64,000 nucleotides of DNA. It comes from Clostridia bacterium. Its GTDB lineage: Bacteria > Bacillota > Clostridia > Monoglobales > Firm-18. The first letter of the stretch is position 1. Every line of letters starts with the position of its first letter. Position numbers and translations under genes: made by a program. This document shows positions 25,373 through 36,603 of this stretch, one piece after another. The notes below the pieces were generated by a model that worked only from the letters and a program-made list of their open reading frames with translations, ran no database searches and was not told where the DNA came from. The DNA is taken from contig JAZOOD010000029.1 in NCBI GenBank assembly GCA_045654805.1, forward strand, positions 2,364 to 66,363, written 5' to 3'.

Positions 25373-26911
25373 TCACGCTCCCCAAAATTTCCTGTCAAGG
25401 CTTCTGTACTGTATTGCCTCCGCAATATGACTTACTGCAATTTCCGGCTCGCCCTCAAGGTCTGCTATAGTTCTGGCAACCTTCAAGATACGGTCATGTG
25501 CCCTTGCCGACAGCCCAAGATTATCAAAAGCCGATTTTAAAAGCTCCTTGATTTCCGGACTAACACGACAGTATTTATGTATTAATGACGACGAAAGCTG
25601 AGAGTTGGTATGTATTCCTTCATCAATATATCTGTCATGCTGAATTTTTCTTGCCTTTTCAATGCGCTTTTTAATTTTACAACTTGGTTCCTCTACAGAT
25701 TCGGATGAAAGATCAGAATAGGATACCGCAGGTACTTCTACATGAATGTCTATGCGGTCAAGCATAGGCCCGCTTATTTTACTCATATACTTTTGAATTT
25801 GTGGAGGGGTACAGGTACATTCATGATTAGGGTCCCCATAATATCCGCATTTACACGGATTCATAGATGCTACCAGCAAAATATTTGATGGATATGTATA
25901 GCTTGCGTTAGCACGGGTTATGCTTACAAACCCATCCTCCAATGGCTGACGCAGAACTTCAATTGCAAGACGCTGAAATTCCGGAAGCTCATCCAAAAAC
26001 AAAACGCCATTATGAGCTATGCTTATTTCACCGGGTTTAGGATTTGCTCCTCCGCCTATAAGTCCAATAGGAGAAACCGTGTGATGAGGACTGCGAAACG
26101 GACGTGTAGTAACCAAAGATGTCCCCGGTTCCAAAACGCCTGCAATGGAGTGAACCTTTGTGGTTTCCAACGCTTCGTTAAAAGTGAGTGGTGGCAAAAT
26201 TGTAGGAATCCTTTGTGCCAACATAGACTTCCCACTACCCGGACTACCTATCATAAGAATGTTATGACCTCCCGCAACAGCCACCTCAATGGCACGCTTT
26301 ACACTCCGCTGACCTTTTACATCATAAAAATCCACGGGATATTCACAGTTGTGCATAAAGATTTCGTCAATATCAACCTTTGTGGGAGATAATAAATCCT
26401 CTCCCTTTAAATGATTTACAATTTCAGTAATGTTATTTGCACCAATAATTTCTATATCATTAACAACAGCTGCTTCATTAGCATTTTCTTTAGGCAAGAA
26501 TACTGTTTTTATACCATTATCTCTTGCGGCAATAACCATAGGTAAAATTCCGTTGATTCCCCTAAGTTTTCCATCAAGGGAAAGCTCGCCCAAAAAAGCA
26601 TAATCCTCCAGATTTCCTTCAGGTATCTGCTCCGACGCAGACAAAATGGCCACCGTAATCGGCAAATCATAAGCCGCCCCCTCTTTTTTGCGGTCTGCAG
26701 GCGCAAGATTCACCGTTATTCTCTTTACAGGAATATTAAACCCACTGTTTTTAACAGCTGCCTTGACACGTTCCTTACTCTCTTTAACAGACGCATCAGG
26801 CAGTCCAACTATATCAAAGGCAGGAAGCCCATTTGACAAATCAGTTTCAACGGTTATAATATATCCGTCAATGCCGTTAATCCCCATGCTGCTGACCTTT
26901 GCCAAACTCAT
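25373..26911 (-). CDS. YifB/ComM family Mg-chelatase-like AAA+ ATPase
   Basis: Lon-like N-domain, Walker A GSPGSGKS, FLDELPEF, and the C-terminal helix-rich domain. Confidence 0.9.
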   Translation of the reverse strand: MSLAKVSSMGINGIDGYIITVETDLSNGLPAFDIVGLPDASVKESKERVKAAVKNSGFNIPVKRITVNLAPADRKKEGAAYDLPITVAILSASEQIPEGNLEDYAFLGELSLDGKLRGINGILPMVIAARDNGIKTVFLPKENANEAAVVNDIEIIGANNITEIVNHLKGEDLLSPTKVDIDEIFMHNCEYPVDFYDVKGQRSVKRAIEVAVAGGHNILMIGSPGSGKSMLAQRIPTILPPLTFNEALETTKVHSIAGVLEPGTSLVTTRPFRSPHHTVSPIGLIGGGANPKPGEISIAHNGVLFLDELPEFQRLAIEVLRQPLEDGFVSITRANASYTYPSNILLVASMNPCKCGYYGDPNHECTCTPPQIQKYMSKISGPMLDRIDIHVEVPAVSYSDLSSESVEEPSCKIKKRIEKARKIQHDRYIDEGIHTNSQLSSSLIHKYCRVSPEIKELLKSAFDNLGLSARAHDRILKVARTIADLEGEPEIAVSHIAEAIQYRSLDRKFWGA

Positions 26912-27070
26912 TGTTCTACCTCCCCATTAAATCATAACACTTTACTCTTAATTATAACCAATTTTGTTAAATATTGCAAGTGTTTTAAATATTTTTGAAA
27001 AAAGCCCTTTTAATTTTTCAAAAACTGTGTTAAAATATAGATGATAATATAGAAAATGGAGGTTTGTATT

Positions 27071-27949
27071 TTGATACGCAGTATGACAGGCTTTGGCCGT
27101 TGTGAAAAGACAAACAATAATTACGACATTTCCGTTGAAATAAAAGCGGTTAATCATAGATATGCCGACTACAACATCAAATTACCGAGAATGTACAATT
27201 TCCTTGAGGAGGATATCAAAAACCATCTTCAGCAATACATAAAAAGAGGTAAAGTAGATGTTTATCTTACTATATACAAGGAACTTGACGATTCCAAGGA
27301 AATTATTCTGAACGAAGCATTAGCGGAAAGCTATGTAAAAGCCTTGAAGCTTATTGCGGAAAAGTTTGATGTCAAGGATGACATCAGCGTTTCATCAGTT
27401 GCGCGTTATAATGATATTTTCGACATCAAGCATACTGAAGAGGATGAACAAATTATAAAAGAAAGTGTTATTGATGTTCTAAACGAGGCATTAAATGGCT
27501 TTTTAGCAGCTCGTGAACGCGAAGGTGAAAGGCTGGCAACTGATATGATTGCAAGAATAGGCCTTATTAAAACGGAAGTTGAAAAAATCGAAGTTATTGC
27601 TCCTGATACAGTAATTGAACATAAAAATAATATTATGGAAAGAATCAAGGAACTTATAGGAGATGCTACTGTAGACGAAAACAGGCTTCTTACTGAAACT
27701 GCAATTTATGCAGACAAGCTTTCTGTTAATGAGGAAATTGTAAGATTGAAATGCCACCTTGAGGAATTTGACCGCATTATGGCAAAGGGGGATGCAGTAG
27801 GCAGAAGGCTGGACTTTTTGTTGCAGGAAATGAACAGAGAAACTAATACTATTGGTTCTAAGGCTAATAATCTTGAAATTTCCAATATCGTTATAAATAT
27901 TAAAGCGGAACTTGAAAAGATAAGAGAACAGCTTCAGAATCTTGAATAG
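27071..27949 (+). CDS. yicC: YicC family endoribonuclease
   Basis: (M)IRSMTGFGR... and C-terminal [19 protein letters not shown] start at 27071 behind GGAGG plus 8 nt. Confidence 0.85.
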   Translation: MIRSMTGFGRCEKTNNNYDISVEIKAVNHRYADYNIKLPRMYNFLEEDIKNHLQQYIKRGKVDVYLTIYKELDDSKEIILNEALAESYVKALKLIAEKFDVKDDISVSSVARYNDIFDIKHTEEDEQIIKESVIDVLNEALNGFLAAREREGERLATDMIARIGLIKTEVEKIEVIAPDTVIEHKNNIMERIKELIGDATVDENRLLTETAIYADKLSVNEEIVRLKCHLEEFDRIMAKGDAVGRRLDFLLQEMNRETNTIGSKANNLEISNIVINIKAELEKIREQLQNLE

Positions 27950-27962
27950 GAGGACAAGTTAT

Positions 27963-28214
27963 ATGAAACTTATAAGCATAGGCTTCGGCAATGTAGTTTC
28001 TGCAGACAGGATAATAGCTATTGTGGGTCCGGAATCTGCTCCTGTACGCCGTATAATACAAGAATCAAAGGAACGCGGAATGCTTATTGACGCAAGTTGC
28101 GGGCGCAAAACAAGATCCGTTATAATTGCAGACAGCGACCATGTTATTTTGAGTGCTATACAGTCCGAGACTATAGCCCACAGAATGAAAGACGGTGACG
28201 GCAATGAAGAATAA
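27963..28214 (+). CDS. remA: RemA/DUF370 family regulator
   Basis: [54 protein letters not shown]. Confidence 0.85.
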   Translation: MKLISIGFGNVVSADRIIAIVGPESAPVRRIIQESKERGMLIDASCGRKTRSVIIADSDHVILSAIQSETIAHRMKDGDGNEE

Positions 28215-28812
28215 GGGTGTTATAGCTGTTGTTTCCGGTCCATCAGGTGTAGGAAAAGGTACAATATGCACTTATCTTGCAGAAAAATATGATGACTTCT
28301 TCCTTTCGGTGTCCGCCACCTCAAGGTCCCCAAGGCCTAGTGAAATTGACGGTATACACTATCATTTTAAAACACCTGACGAATTCAAAAAAATGATAGA
28401 TAACGATGAATTTTTAGAATATGCAGGCTATGTTGATAAATTTTACGGCACACCAAAGGCGCCTTGCTATGAGCACATAGAAAAAGGCATAAACGCAATC
28501 CTTGAAATTGAAGTTCAGGGCGGTATGAAAGTTAAAGAAAAGGAACCTGATACTATTATGATATTTATAGTGCCGCCATCTATGAAAGAGCTCGAATCAC
28601 GACTTAGGGGCAGAGGTACAGAAACTGAGGAAGTGATACTTCAAAGGCTCGCAAGGGCAAAGGAAGAACTTTTGCATATGAAGGATTATGACTACATAGT
28701 TGTAAATAATTCCGTGGAAGACGCAGCGGAGCAAATACGCGGTATTCTGAATTCGGAAAGTTTGAAGACGAAAAATATGATTAATATGGTAGAAAAGGAG
28801 TTAGGATTATGA
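28204..28812 (+). CDS. gmk: Guanylate kinase
   Basis: [26 protein letters not shown]. Confidence 0.9.
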   Translation: MKNKGVIAVVSGPSGVGKGTICTYLAEKYDDFFLSVSATSRSPRPSEIDGIHYHFKTPDEFKKMIDNDEFLEYAGYVDKFYGTPKAPCYEHIEKGINAILEIEVQGGMKVKEKEPDTIMIFIVPPSMKELESRLRGRGTETEEVILQRLARAKEELLHMKDYDYIVVNNSVEDAAEQIRGILNSESLKTKNMINMVEKELGL

Positions 28813-28991
28813 TTTACCCTACAATTACAAACTTGATAGAAAAAGCACGCAGCAGATATTCTCTTGTTATCGCTACTGCAAAAAGAGCAAGAGAAATTTC
28901 AGAAGATGAAACCAGAGAAGTTACAAAGCCAGTTATAGAAGCTATTAAAGAAATTGATGCAGGGGATGTTATTGTAATTACCGAGGATTAA
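28809..28991 (+). CDS. rpoZ: DNA-directed RNA polymerase subunit omega
   Basis: 60 aa with SRYSLVIATAKRAREI. It sits in the conserved position after gmk. Confidence 0.85.
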   Translation: MIYPTITNLIEKARSRYSLVIATAKRAREISEDETREVTKPVIEAIKEIDAGDVIVITED

Positions 28992-29065
28992 GCCACAATG
29001 CCCCTTTATAAAGAGATTTTGTATATCTATTTAACCTTTAAATATTAAAAAAGTGTAAAAAACTA

Positions 29066-29095
29066 TTGACAACAACGTAAAAATAGTTGTATAAT
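29066..29095 (+). promoter_or_regulatory. rpmH promoter (TTGACA-18-TATAAT)
   Basis: Both hexamers are exact consensus, about 70 nt upstream of rpmH. Confidence 0.6.
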
Positions 29096-29168
29096 AGCAA
29101 TACTGTCATAATGGCAAGAAATTGCCGCATTGCGGTAATTAACTATATAATATAAGGAGGAAACAAGG

Positions 29169-29303
29169 ATGGTACAGACATATCAACCTAAAAAACGTCA
29201 GAGAAAAAAGGTTCATGGTTTTAGAAGCCGTATGTCAACAGCTAACGGCAGAAAAGTTTTGGCACGCAGAAGAGCTAAAGGTCGCGCTAAAATTTGTGCA
29301 TAA
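29169..29303 (+). CDS. rpmH: 50S ribosomal protein L34
   Basis: Not in the ORF track because it is under 60 aa. The translation is [53 protein letters not shown] is upstream. Confidence 0.95.
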   Translation: MVQTYQPKKRQRKKVHGFRSRMSTANGRKVLARRRAKGRAKICA

Positions 29304-29312
29304 CTTTTTGTT

Positions 29313-29657
29313 ATGAAAAAAACATTATCGCTGAACCGTAACACTTTGTTTAAACGATTATACTACCGCGGTAAAACTGTTAAGACGCCGTATTTTACCT
29401 TTTATTACATGAATACAAAGGCCAAAAATAACCGGATTGGTTTTACCGTGAGTAAAAAAATCGGCAAGGCTGTTGCGCGCAACAGGGCCAGAAGGCTTAT
29501 GTATGAATCTTTTCGCCTGTACGAAGAACAGATTAAAAATGGCTATTATATGGTGTTGGTTGCAAGGTCCGCTATCTTAGGTGCTGATTTTCATACCATA
29601 CGAAATACTATGGAAAAAGCTTTGAGAAATTCTGGGCTTTTTGTTGAGGCGGAATAA
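29313..29657 (+). CDS. rnpA: Ribonuclease P protein component
   Basis: 114 aa basic protein with [21 protein letters not shown], directly after rpmH. Confidence 0.9.
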   Translation: MKKTLSLNRNTLFKRLYYRGKTVKTPYFTFYYMNTKAKNNRIGFTVSKKIGKAVARNRARRLMYESFRLYEEQIKNGYYMVLVARSAILGADFHTIRNTMEKALRNSGLFVEAE

Positions 29658-29659
29658 AA

Positions 29660-29869
29660 ATGAAAAGATTTATAATTTTTATTGTAAGATTATATCAACG
29701 GTACATTTCACCGTTAAAAAAACCATGCTGTCGATTTTATCCAACCTGCTCTCAGTATTGTATTGAGGCCGTGGCTAAACATGGTGCAGCACGGGGTTTA
29801 TTTTTATTTATAAAGCGTATCTTGAAGTGCCATCCGTGGCATAAAGGAGGGTATGACCCTGTGCCCTGA
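29660..29869 (+). CDS. yidD: Membrane protein insertion efficiency factor YidD
   Basis: [22 protein letters not shown]...HGAARG. Confidence 0.9.
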   Translation: MKRFIIFIVRLYQRYISPLKKPCCRFYPTCSQYCIEAVAKHGAARGLFLFIKRILKCHPWHKGGYDPVP

Positions 29870-29898
29870 CGCATAACATTGAATAGGAGGCGCTTATT

Positions 29899-30735
29899 TT
29901 GTTTAATGCAATCTACAGTTTTTTTGGTGCTATATTGCACTTTTTTTACGACTTATTAGGTAACTACGGATTAGCGCTTATTGGCTTTACATTTGTTGTA
30001 AATTTAATTTTGTTGCCACTTACATGGAAACAGCAAAAATCCACTACAAAGATGCAGGCTATTCAACCTGAACTTACCAGATTACAGGAAAAATATAAAA
30101 ACGATAAAGAAAAGCTTAATACAGAAATGATGAAGCTTTATCAGAATAATAACATCAACCCTATGAGTGGTTGTTTGCCGCTGTTAATTCAATTGCCCAT
30201 TATCTTTATTTTGTACAGAATAGTTTACAGTCCCGTTACTCATATGTTGGGATATACTTCTGAGCAACTTGCAAAACTTAAGGCACAATATCCTGATGTA
30301 ACAGGTGCTATGGCAGAGGTTGAATTGGCTGCGAAAGCGGATTTAATTGATTTTAATTTCTTTGGCCTTGACCTTAGCCTCGTTCCAAGCATTGGTGATT
30401 TTAGTCTTCTATGGTTGATTCCAATTTTGGCAGGCGTTACAACGTACGGCCTTTCATGGCTGACAATGAGACAGGCTGAAGCTAAAAAGACCGAGGAACA
30501 GAAAAAGAAAGAAAAGGATAATCCTACAGCTTCACAAATGCAGACAATGAATAAAATTATGCCTCTTATTACGGTATGGTTTGCATTCACATTCTCTGCA
30601 AGTATCGGCTTGTACTGGATTATGAACAATATATTTAAAATGATTCAGCAGCTTGTTGTTAACCAGTTGTTGAAGAAAGAAAATACACTTGTTGTGGAAG
30701 TAAATGCAAATACTAAAAATAAGAAAAAGAAATAA
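29899..30735 (+). CDS. yidC: YidC/Oxa1 family membrane protein insertase
   Basis: TTG start behind AGGAGG. MQAIQPEL..LQEKYKNDKEKLN.EMMKLYQ...NPMSGCLPLLIQLPI. Confidence 0.9.
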   Translation: MFNAIYSFFGAILHFFYDLLGNYGLALIGFTFVVNLILLPLTWKQQKSTTKMQAIQPELTRLQEKYKNDKEKLNTEMMKLYQNNNINPMSGCLPLLIQLPIIFILYRIVYSPVTHMLGYTSEQLAKLKAQYPDVTGAMAEVELAAKADLIDFNFFGLDLSLVPSIGDFSLLWLIPILAGVTTYGLSWLTMRQAEAKKTEEQKKKEKDNPTASQMQTMNKIMPLITVWFAFTFSASIGLYWIMNNIFKMIQQLVVNQLLKKENTLVVEVNANTKNKKKK

Positions 30736-30756
30736 GGTTTAAAGGATGATTATAAA

Positions 30757-31560
30757 ATGACAAGGAGAATTGAAGTAACAGCAAAAACTGTTGATGAAGC
30801 TGTTGAAAAGGCTCTTAAAGAATTCAATACAACAAGAGAAAATGTTGAAGTTTATGTTGTGGAAGAAGGATCTAGGGGAATATTTGGATTGGGCGCCAAG
30901 GATGCAAAAGTAAGAGTATCTTTTGACGAAGAAAAAATTGAAAATGTTAAAATTTCCATTAGTGCAGAGGACATATCGGAGGCAAAAAAGCCTGCTCCAA
31001 AGAAAAAGGTAGAGAAGCCTGTTAATAAACCGGAACCTGCTACAGAAAAGGTTTCTGAACCAGTTGAAGATGAAAGTGTTAACCGCCCTGAAAGAAAGTC
31101 TACATATTCAGCAGAAGCTGTTGAACAGGCAAAGGCTTTTGTTCAGGATGTTGTTACAAAAATGGGTACAACATGCACGGTTGAGGCTGTTGACGGTGAA
31201 TCTAAGCTTATCGTTTCCGGCGAGGATGTGGGTGTTATTATAGGCAGACGCGGCGACACTATTGATGCTATTCAGTATCTTGTAAACTTGTATGTAAACA
31301 AGGACAGACACGGTGATGATTATTGCAGAATTACTGTTGATACTGAAAACTATCGTGCAAGACGCGAAGAAACCTTGAAAAAACTCGCTAACAGTATGGC
31401 TAACAAGGCTGTAAAATACAGAAAAGATATGTCTTTAGAGCCTATGAATCCATACGAAAGAAGAATTATTCATTCAGCATTACAAAATCATAAATATGTT
31501 AAGACAAAAAGCGTTGGTGAAGAACCGAACAGAAGAATTGTTGTAACATTGAAAAAATAA
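30757..31560 (+). CDS. jag: Jag/KhpB RNA-binding protein (KH plus R3H domains)
   Basis: Jag_N start, a KH-like middle region and C-terminal EPMNPYERRIIHSAL (R3H). Confidence 0.85.
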   Translation: MTRRIEVTAKTVDEAVEKALKEFNTTRENVEVYVVEEGSRGIFGLGAKDAKVRVSFDEEKIENVKISISAEDISEAKKPAPKKKVEKPVNKPEPATEKVSEPVEDESVNRPERKSTYSAEAVEQAKAFVQDVVTKMGTTCTVEAVDGESKLIVSGEDVGVIIGRRGDTIDAIQYLVNLYVNKDRHGDDYCRITVDTENYRARREETLKKLANSMANKAVKYRKDMSLEPMNPYERRIIHSALQNHKYVKTKSVGEEPNRRIVVTLKK

Positions 31561-31564
31561 TTTT

Positions 31565-31605
31565 AAAGGTTGTTACATAATCAATTATGTAGCAACCTTT
31601 TTTAG
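31565..31605 (+). terminator. Intrinsic terminator or attenuator between jag and mnmE
   Basis: aggttgttacata-atcaat-tatgtagcaacct followed by ttttt. Confidence 0.7.
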
Positions 31606-31630
31606 TATTTTGTACTTTGAGGTGTTTTTT

Positions 31631-32965
31631 ATGACAATAGCAGCTATAGCTACCGCAAACGCAACAGGAGGTATAGGGATTGTACGTTTAAGCGGTGAAA
31701 AATCAATAGAAATTGCTAACAAAATTTTTAGTCTGGATGTGACAAAATTTCAAAGTCATACCCTCCATCTCGGCAAGATAGTCTTTAACGGACATATAAT
31801 TGATGAAGCGTTGGTCAGCGTTTTTAAGGCACCAAATAGCTATACAGGTGAAGATGTTGTGGAATTTAACTGTCACGGAGGGCTTCGCGTATGCAAAATG
31901 GTACTTGAGGCTATATATCAAAGCGGAGCAAAGCCTGCACAGGCAGGAGAATTTACCAAGCGTGCTTTTTTAAACGGTAAAATAGACCTTAGTCAGGCAG
32001 AAGCAGTAGCAGACTTAATATCTGCAGAAACAGATGATGCTGTGAGCATTGCTGCAAATCAGCTTGACAAAAAGCTTTCCGATAAAATAAATGCTTTAAG
32101 AGATGAATTAATTGCATCTACCTCACATATCTTGGCTATGATTGACTTCTCCGAAGAGGGTGTTGAAGAGCTTGACTATACCGATTTAAAGAATACCCTA
32201 AATGACATAAATAGCCAAATAGGTGACCTTATTCTTACATCCGACAGCGGCAGAATTATAAAAGACGGCATAAATACTGCTATTATTGGTACACCAAATG
32301 TAGGAAAATCGAGTATATTGAATACTATTTGCGGAGAAGACAGGGCGATAGTTACCAATATTGAAGGTACTACCCGTGATGTAATCGAAACACAAGTAAC
32401 TATAAAGGGGTGTAAGCTCAATTTACTTGATACCGCAGGTATTCGTGAAAGCGATAATATGGTAGAACAGTTAGGCGTAAAACGTTCAAAAGATGCAATT
32501 GAAAAAGCTGACCTTATATTCCTCGTTCTTGATGGTTCCAGAGAAATTACAGACCGTGATATGGAAGTAATTAATCTTGCGGACAAGACAAAAACAATGT
32601 GTCTTATTAATAAAAGTGATCTACCTAGAAAGACTAACTTTAGCGGAGATTTTTTAAGGACAATATATGTTTCTGCACAAACGGGAGAAGGATTTGCCCA
32701 GCTTTTTGACTGTATATACAATATGTATAGTGCAGGTGATGTTACCGATAAAATTATTATTACAAACCCACGTCATAAACATAGTCTTATGAATGCAAAA
32801 TCTGTCATAGACGAAATACTGACCGCAATGAAAACCGATACTCCTTTTGACATAATATTAGGAGATATTGAAATAGCTATATCTGCATTGGGTGAAATAG
32901 GTGGTATGACAGTAAGTGATGAGATTATAGACAGTATATTTGCAAACTTTTGCGTTGGAAAATAA
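31631..32965 (+). CDS. mnmE: tRNA modification GTPase MnmE
   Basis: TIAAIATANATGGIGIVRLSG, G-domain GTPNVGKSS, C-terminal FCVGK. Confidence 0.9.
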   Translation: MTIAAIATANATGGIGIVRLSGEKSIEIANKIFSLDVTKFQSHTLHLGKIVFNGHIIDEALVSVFKAPNSYTGEDVVEFNCHGGLRVCKMVLEAIYQSGAKPAQAGEFTKRAFLNGKIDLSQAEAVADLISAETDDAVSIAANQLDKKLSDKINALRDELIASTSHILAMIDFSEEGVEELDYTDLKNTLNDINSQIGDLILTSDSGRIIKDGINTAIIGTPNVGKSSILNTICGEDRAIVTNIEGTTRDVIETQVTIKGCKLNLLDTAGIRESDNMVEQLGVKRSKDAIEKADLIFLVLDGSREITDRDMEVINLADKTKTMCLINKSDLPRKTNFSGDFLRTIYVSAQTGEGFAQLFDCIYNMYSAGDVTDKIIITNPRHKHSLMNAKSVIDEILTAMKTDTPFDIILGDIEIAISALGEIGGMTVSDEIIDSIFANFCVGK

Positions 32966-32990
32966 AAAGAAGAACTTAGAGGCGATTTAT

Positions 32991-34862
32991 ATGTCAAATT
33001 ATTTTGCAGGCGAGTATGATGTTGCAGTGATAGGTGCAGGCCACGCGGGATGTGAGGCAGCCTTGGCAGCAGCAAGACTCGGGATGAAAACAATTTTATT
33101 TACAATTAATCTTGATGCCATAGGCAATATGCCCTGTAACCCCTGTATTGGCGGTACAGCAAAAGGGCATCTTGTAAGGGAAATAGATTCATTGGGCGGT
33201 GAAATGGGTAAGATTGCTGATGCTACAAAGCTGCAATCCCGTATGCTTAATCGTGGCAAAGGTCCTGCTGTATATTCCCTAAGAGTCCAGTCAGATAGAC
33301 GTGCTTATCAGGAAAAAATGAAGCAGACTTTGGAAGCTGTGCCAAATCTTGACATTAAACAATGCGAAATCACGGAGATTATCCACGATGAAAATAACAA
33401 GGTTACAGGAGTCGTTTCCCATTTGGGTGCAGAGTATGCTGTAAAAGCAGTAATAATATGCTCCGGCACATACCTACGCGGAAAAATTCACGTAGGTGAG
33501 GTTTCGTATGACGGCGGTCCGGACGGAATGTTTGCTGCAACAAAGCTTACAGAATGTCTTAATGATATGGGTATAAAAACAATGCGTTTTAAAACCGGTA
33601 CACCTGCACGTATTAATAGACACACGGTAGACCTTTCAAAATTTGAACAGCAGATAGGTGACGAAGAAATAATTAATTTTTCTTTTGAGACAAAGGAAAA
33701 AGCTGAAAATAAGGTTGTGTGCTACCTTGGATATACAACTGAGGAAATGCACAATGTTATAAAGGAAAATCTACATCGCTCACCTCTTTATGGTGGTCAA
33801 ATTGAAGGTGTAGGTCCAAGGTATTGTCCATCTATCGAAGACAAGGTTGTTCGATTTGCAGATAAAAAAAGGCATCAATTCTTCTTGGAGCCTTGCGGTT
33901 ACAACACAGATGAAATGTATGTTCAGGGGTTATCATCTTCTATGCCGGAAGACGTACAGATAAAAATGTACAGAGCAATACCGGGTATGGAAAATGTTCA
34001 CTTTATGCGTACTGCATACGCTATTGAGTACGATTGCATAGACCCTACCCAATTAAAACCATCACTGGAATTTAAATGTGCAGAGGGCCTTTACGGTGCG
34101 GGGCAGTTTAACGGAACTTCCGGTTACGAAGAAGCTGCTGCACAAGGGCTTATGGCGGGTATTAATGCAGCAAGAAAAATAACAGGAAAAGAGCCTGTTG
34201 TACTATCACGTTCCGAAGCGTATATTGGTGTGTTGATAGATGACCTTGTAACAAAAGGCACAAATGAACCCTACAGAATGATGACGGCAAGGGCAGAGCA
34301 TCGTTTACTGTTAAGACAGGACAACGCGGATATTAGACTTACGCCGATAGGCCACGAAATCGGCCTTATAAGCAATGAAAGATATTCAAGATTTCTTGAA
34401 ATGAAAGAAAAAATTGAAAAGGAAAAGGAGCGTCTTGCAAGGACGAATATCGCACCTACCAAGAGAGTGAATGACTTTTTAGAGAAACACGGATGCACTC
34501 CACTTTCTACCGGTGCAAAGCTTATAGATATTTTAAGACGTCCACAGCTTAACTACAATGATCTTAAGGAAATTGACGACAATTTCCCAAATTATGATGA
34601 AATAGTTGCATATCAGGTATATACTGATGTAAAATATGAGGGATATATTAAAAGGCAGGTTGAACAGGCAGAACAGGTAAAAAAACTTGATAACAAAAAA
34701 ATTCCCACTGACATTAATTACGACGATGTTTACGGATTGCGCATTGAAGCAAGACAAAAGTTGGCGGAAATCAGACCTGAATCTGTAGGACAAGCGTCCC
34801 GAATTTCCGGTGTTTCTCCTGCTGATATTGCTGTATTATTGGTATATTTAAAATCAAAATAG
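32991..34862 (+). CDS. mnmG: tRNA uridine 5-carboxymethylaminomethyl modification enzyme MnmG
   Basis: YDVAVIGAGHAGCEAALAAARLG...NPCIGG.AKGHLVREIDSLGG. Confidence 0.9.
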   Translation: MSNYFAGEYDVAVIGAGHAGCEAALAAARLGMKTILFTINLDAIGNMPCNPCIGGTAKGHLVREIDSLGGEMGKIADATKLQSRMLNRGKGPAVYSLRVQSDRRAYQEKMKQTLEAVPNLDIKQCEITEIIHDENNKVTGVVSHLGAEYAVKAVIICSGTYLRGKIHVGEVSYDGGPDGMFAATKLTECLNDMGIKTMRFKTGTPARINRHTVDLSKFEQQIGDEEIINFSFETKEKAENKVVCYLGYTTEEMHNVIKENLHRSPLYGGQIEGVGPRYCPSIEDKVVRFADKKRHQFFLEPCGYNTDEMYVQGLSSSMPEDVQIKMYRAIPGMENVHFMRTAYAIEYDCIDPTQLKPSLEFKCAEGLYGAGQFNGTSGYEEAAAQGLMAGINAARKITGKEPVVLSRSEAYIGVLIDDLVTKGTNEPYRMMTARAEHRLLLRQDNADIRLTPIGHEIGLISNERYSRFLEMKEKIEKEKERLARTNIAPTKRVNDFLEKHGCTPLSTGAKLIDILRRPQLNYNDLKEIDDNFPNYDEIVAYQVYTDVKYEGYIKRQVEQAEQVKKLDNKKIPTDINYDDVYGLRIEARQKLAEIRPESVGQASRISGVSPADIAVLLVYLKSK

Positions 34863-34990
34863 GGAAAAATAGCCTTACGTCCGTATAAGGAATGTTAAAA
34901 AACTATCAAATTGGTCTAAATTAATTGACTTGACTTATAAATTGTGCTATTATTTAATGTGGCAAAGGTAGTTAAGAAGGGGTGAAAAAA

Positions 34991-36160
34991 ATGATATATG
35001 TTGACAATGCGGCAACAACGATGCTTGAACCTGAAGTGCTAGAAAAGATGATGCCGTACCTTACAGAATATTACGGTAATGCATCTTCAATATATAGATT
35101 CGGCCAGGAAGCCAAAGAAGTTGTAAATGAATCACGCGAAACAATAGCAAAATGCTTAAATTCTGATGCAAAGGAAATTTTCTTTACCAGCGGAGGTACA
35201 GAGGCTGATAACTGGGCTATAAAAGGTGTTGCGGACGCTCTTTCAAAGAAAGGTAACCATATTATAACATCTGCAATTGAACACCACGCAGTTTTGCATA
35301 CATGTGAATTTTTAGAAAAACACGGTTATAATATTACATACCTGCCCGTTGATGAAAACGGTCTGGTAAATCCTGATGATTTAGAAAAAGCTATTACAGA
35401 TAAAACCATACTTGTATCAATAATGTTTGCAAATAATGAAATTGGTACCATACAGCCTATTAAAAAATTGACTGAAATTGCACATAACCACGGTATTTAT
35501 TTTCACACAGATGCTGTACAGGCTGTTGCTCACGTGGAAATTGATGTTAAAGATTTGGGCATCGATTTACTTTCAATGTCTGCTCATAAATTTGGGGGAC
35601 CAAAGGGCATTGGCGCTTTGTATATCAAAAAAGGTGTAAAAATATCAAACCTGTTACATGGTGGCCAGCAAGAGCTTGGCAGACGTGCAACTACCGAAAA
35701 CCTCGCAGGTATAGTAGGTATGGCGGCAGCACTTAAGTTAGCTATGGACAACTTTGAAGAAAATACAAAGAAGATGATGAAACTTCGCGAAAAATATATT
35801 AATGCGGTTTTAGAAAAAATACCATACTGCAGACTTAATGGACACAGAACAGAAAGATTACCCGGTAATACAAACATTTCCTTCCAGTTTATTGAAGGTG
35901 AAGCGATGCTTTTGTTACTTGATATGTATGGTATTGCTGCATCAAGTGGTTCTGCTTGTACAAGCGGTTCACTGGACCCATCACATGTCTTACTTGCTAT
36001 TGGATTACCCCACGGTATTGCCCATGGTTCACTCCGTGTAACGTTTTCTCATCACAATACTGAGGAGGAAGTTGACAAAATTGTAGATTCATTGGTAAAA
36101 GTAATTCAAAGATTAAGAGATATGTCTCCTCTTTACGAAAAGGTTAGAAAGGGTGAATAA
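34991..36160 (+). CDS. nifS: Cysteine desulfurase (NifS/IscS type)
   Basis: IYVDNAATT, SAHKFGGPKG (PLP lysine), SSGSACTSGS (catalytic Cys loop). Confidence 0.9.
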   Translation: MIYVDNAATTMLEPEVLEKMMPYLTEYYGNASSIYRFGQEAKEVVNESRETIAKCLNSDAKEIFFTSGGTEADNWAIKGVADALSKKGNHIITSAIEHHAVLHTCEFLEKHGYNITYLPVDENGLVNPDDLEKAITDKTILVSIMFANNEIGTIQPIKKLTEIAHNHGIYFHTDAVQAVAHVEIDVKDLGIDLLSMSAHKFGGPKGIGALYIKKGVKISNLLHGGQQELGRRATTENLAGIVGMAAALKLAMDNFEENTKKMMKLREKYINAVLEKIPYCRLNGHRTERLPGNTNISFQFIEGEAMLLLLDMYGIAASSGSACTSGSLDPSHVLLAIGLPHGIAHGSLRVTFSHHNTEEEVDKIVDSLVKVIQRLRDMSPLYEKVRKGE

Positions 36161-36162
36161 TA

Positions 36163-36603
36163 ATGTTATATAGCGAAAAGGTTATGGACCATTTTGCAAA
36201 TCCGCGTAACGTAGGTGAAATACCTGACGCCAACGCAATAGGAGAAGTTGGTAACGAAAAATGCGGAGATATTATGAAAATATATATGAAAATTGAAGAT
36301 AACATAATAAAGGATGTTAAATTCAAAACTTTTGGTTGCGGTGCAGCGGTTGCAACAAGCAGTATGGCTACAACTATGGTTATGGGCAAAACAGTTGACG
36401 AAGCATTACAGCTTACAAATAAAGCGGTTATGGAAGCTTTGGACGGTTTGCCACCTGTAAAGGTACATTGTTCCGTATTGGCAGAACAAGCAATTCAAGC
36501 TGCTCTGGAGGACTATTACAAGCGTCAGGGAATAGATCCTAAGGGTATTTTAAAAAGATGTGACCACAATTGTGCAGAATGCACTTGTCACGACCATGAG
36601 TAA
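36163..36603 (+). CDS. nifU: Fe-S cluster assembly scaffold NifU/IscU-like
   Basis: YSEKVMDHFANPRNVG...NEKCGDIM...FKTFGCGAAVATSS. Confidence 0.9.
   Translation: MLYSEKVMDHFANPRNVGEIPDANAIGEVGNEKCGDIMKIYMKIEDNIIKDVKFKTFGCGAAVATSSMATTMVMGKTVDEALQLTNKAVMEALDGLPPVKVHCSVLAEQAIQAALEDYYKRQGIDPKGILKRCDHNCAECTCHDHE

Noticed and set aside
28992-29168. Possible oriC or DnaA-box cluster next to rpmH.
   Set aside because: I found no TTATCCACA-like boxes and no AT-rich unwinding repeats, and the upstream gene is rpoZ rather than dnaA. The GTGGATA strings at 55643..55667 are the two arms of the infC leader terminator, not DnaA boxes.
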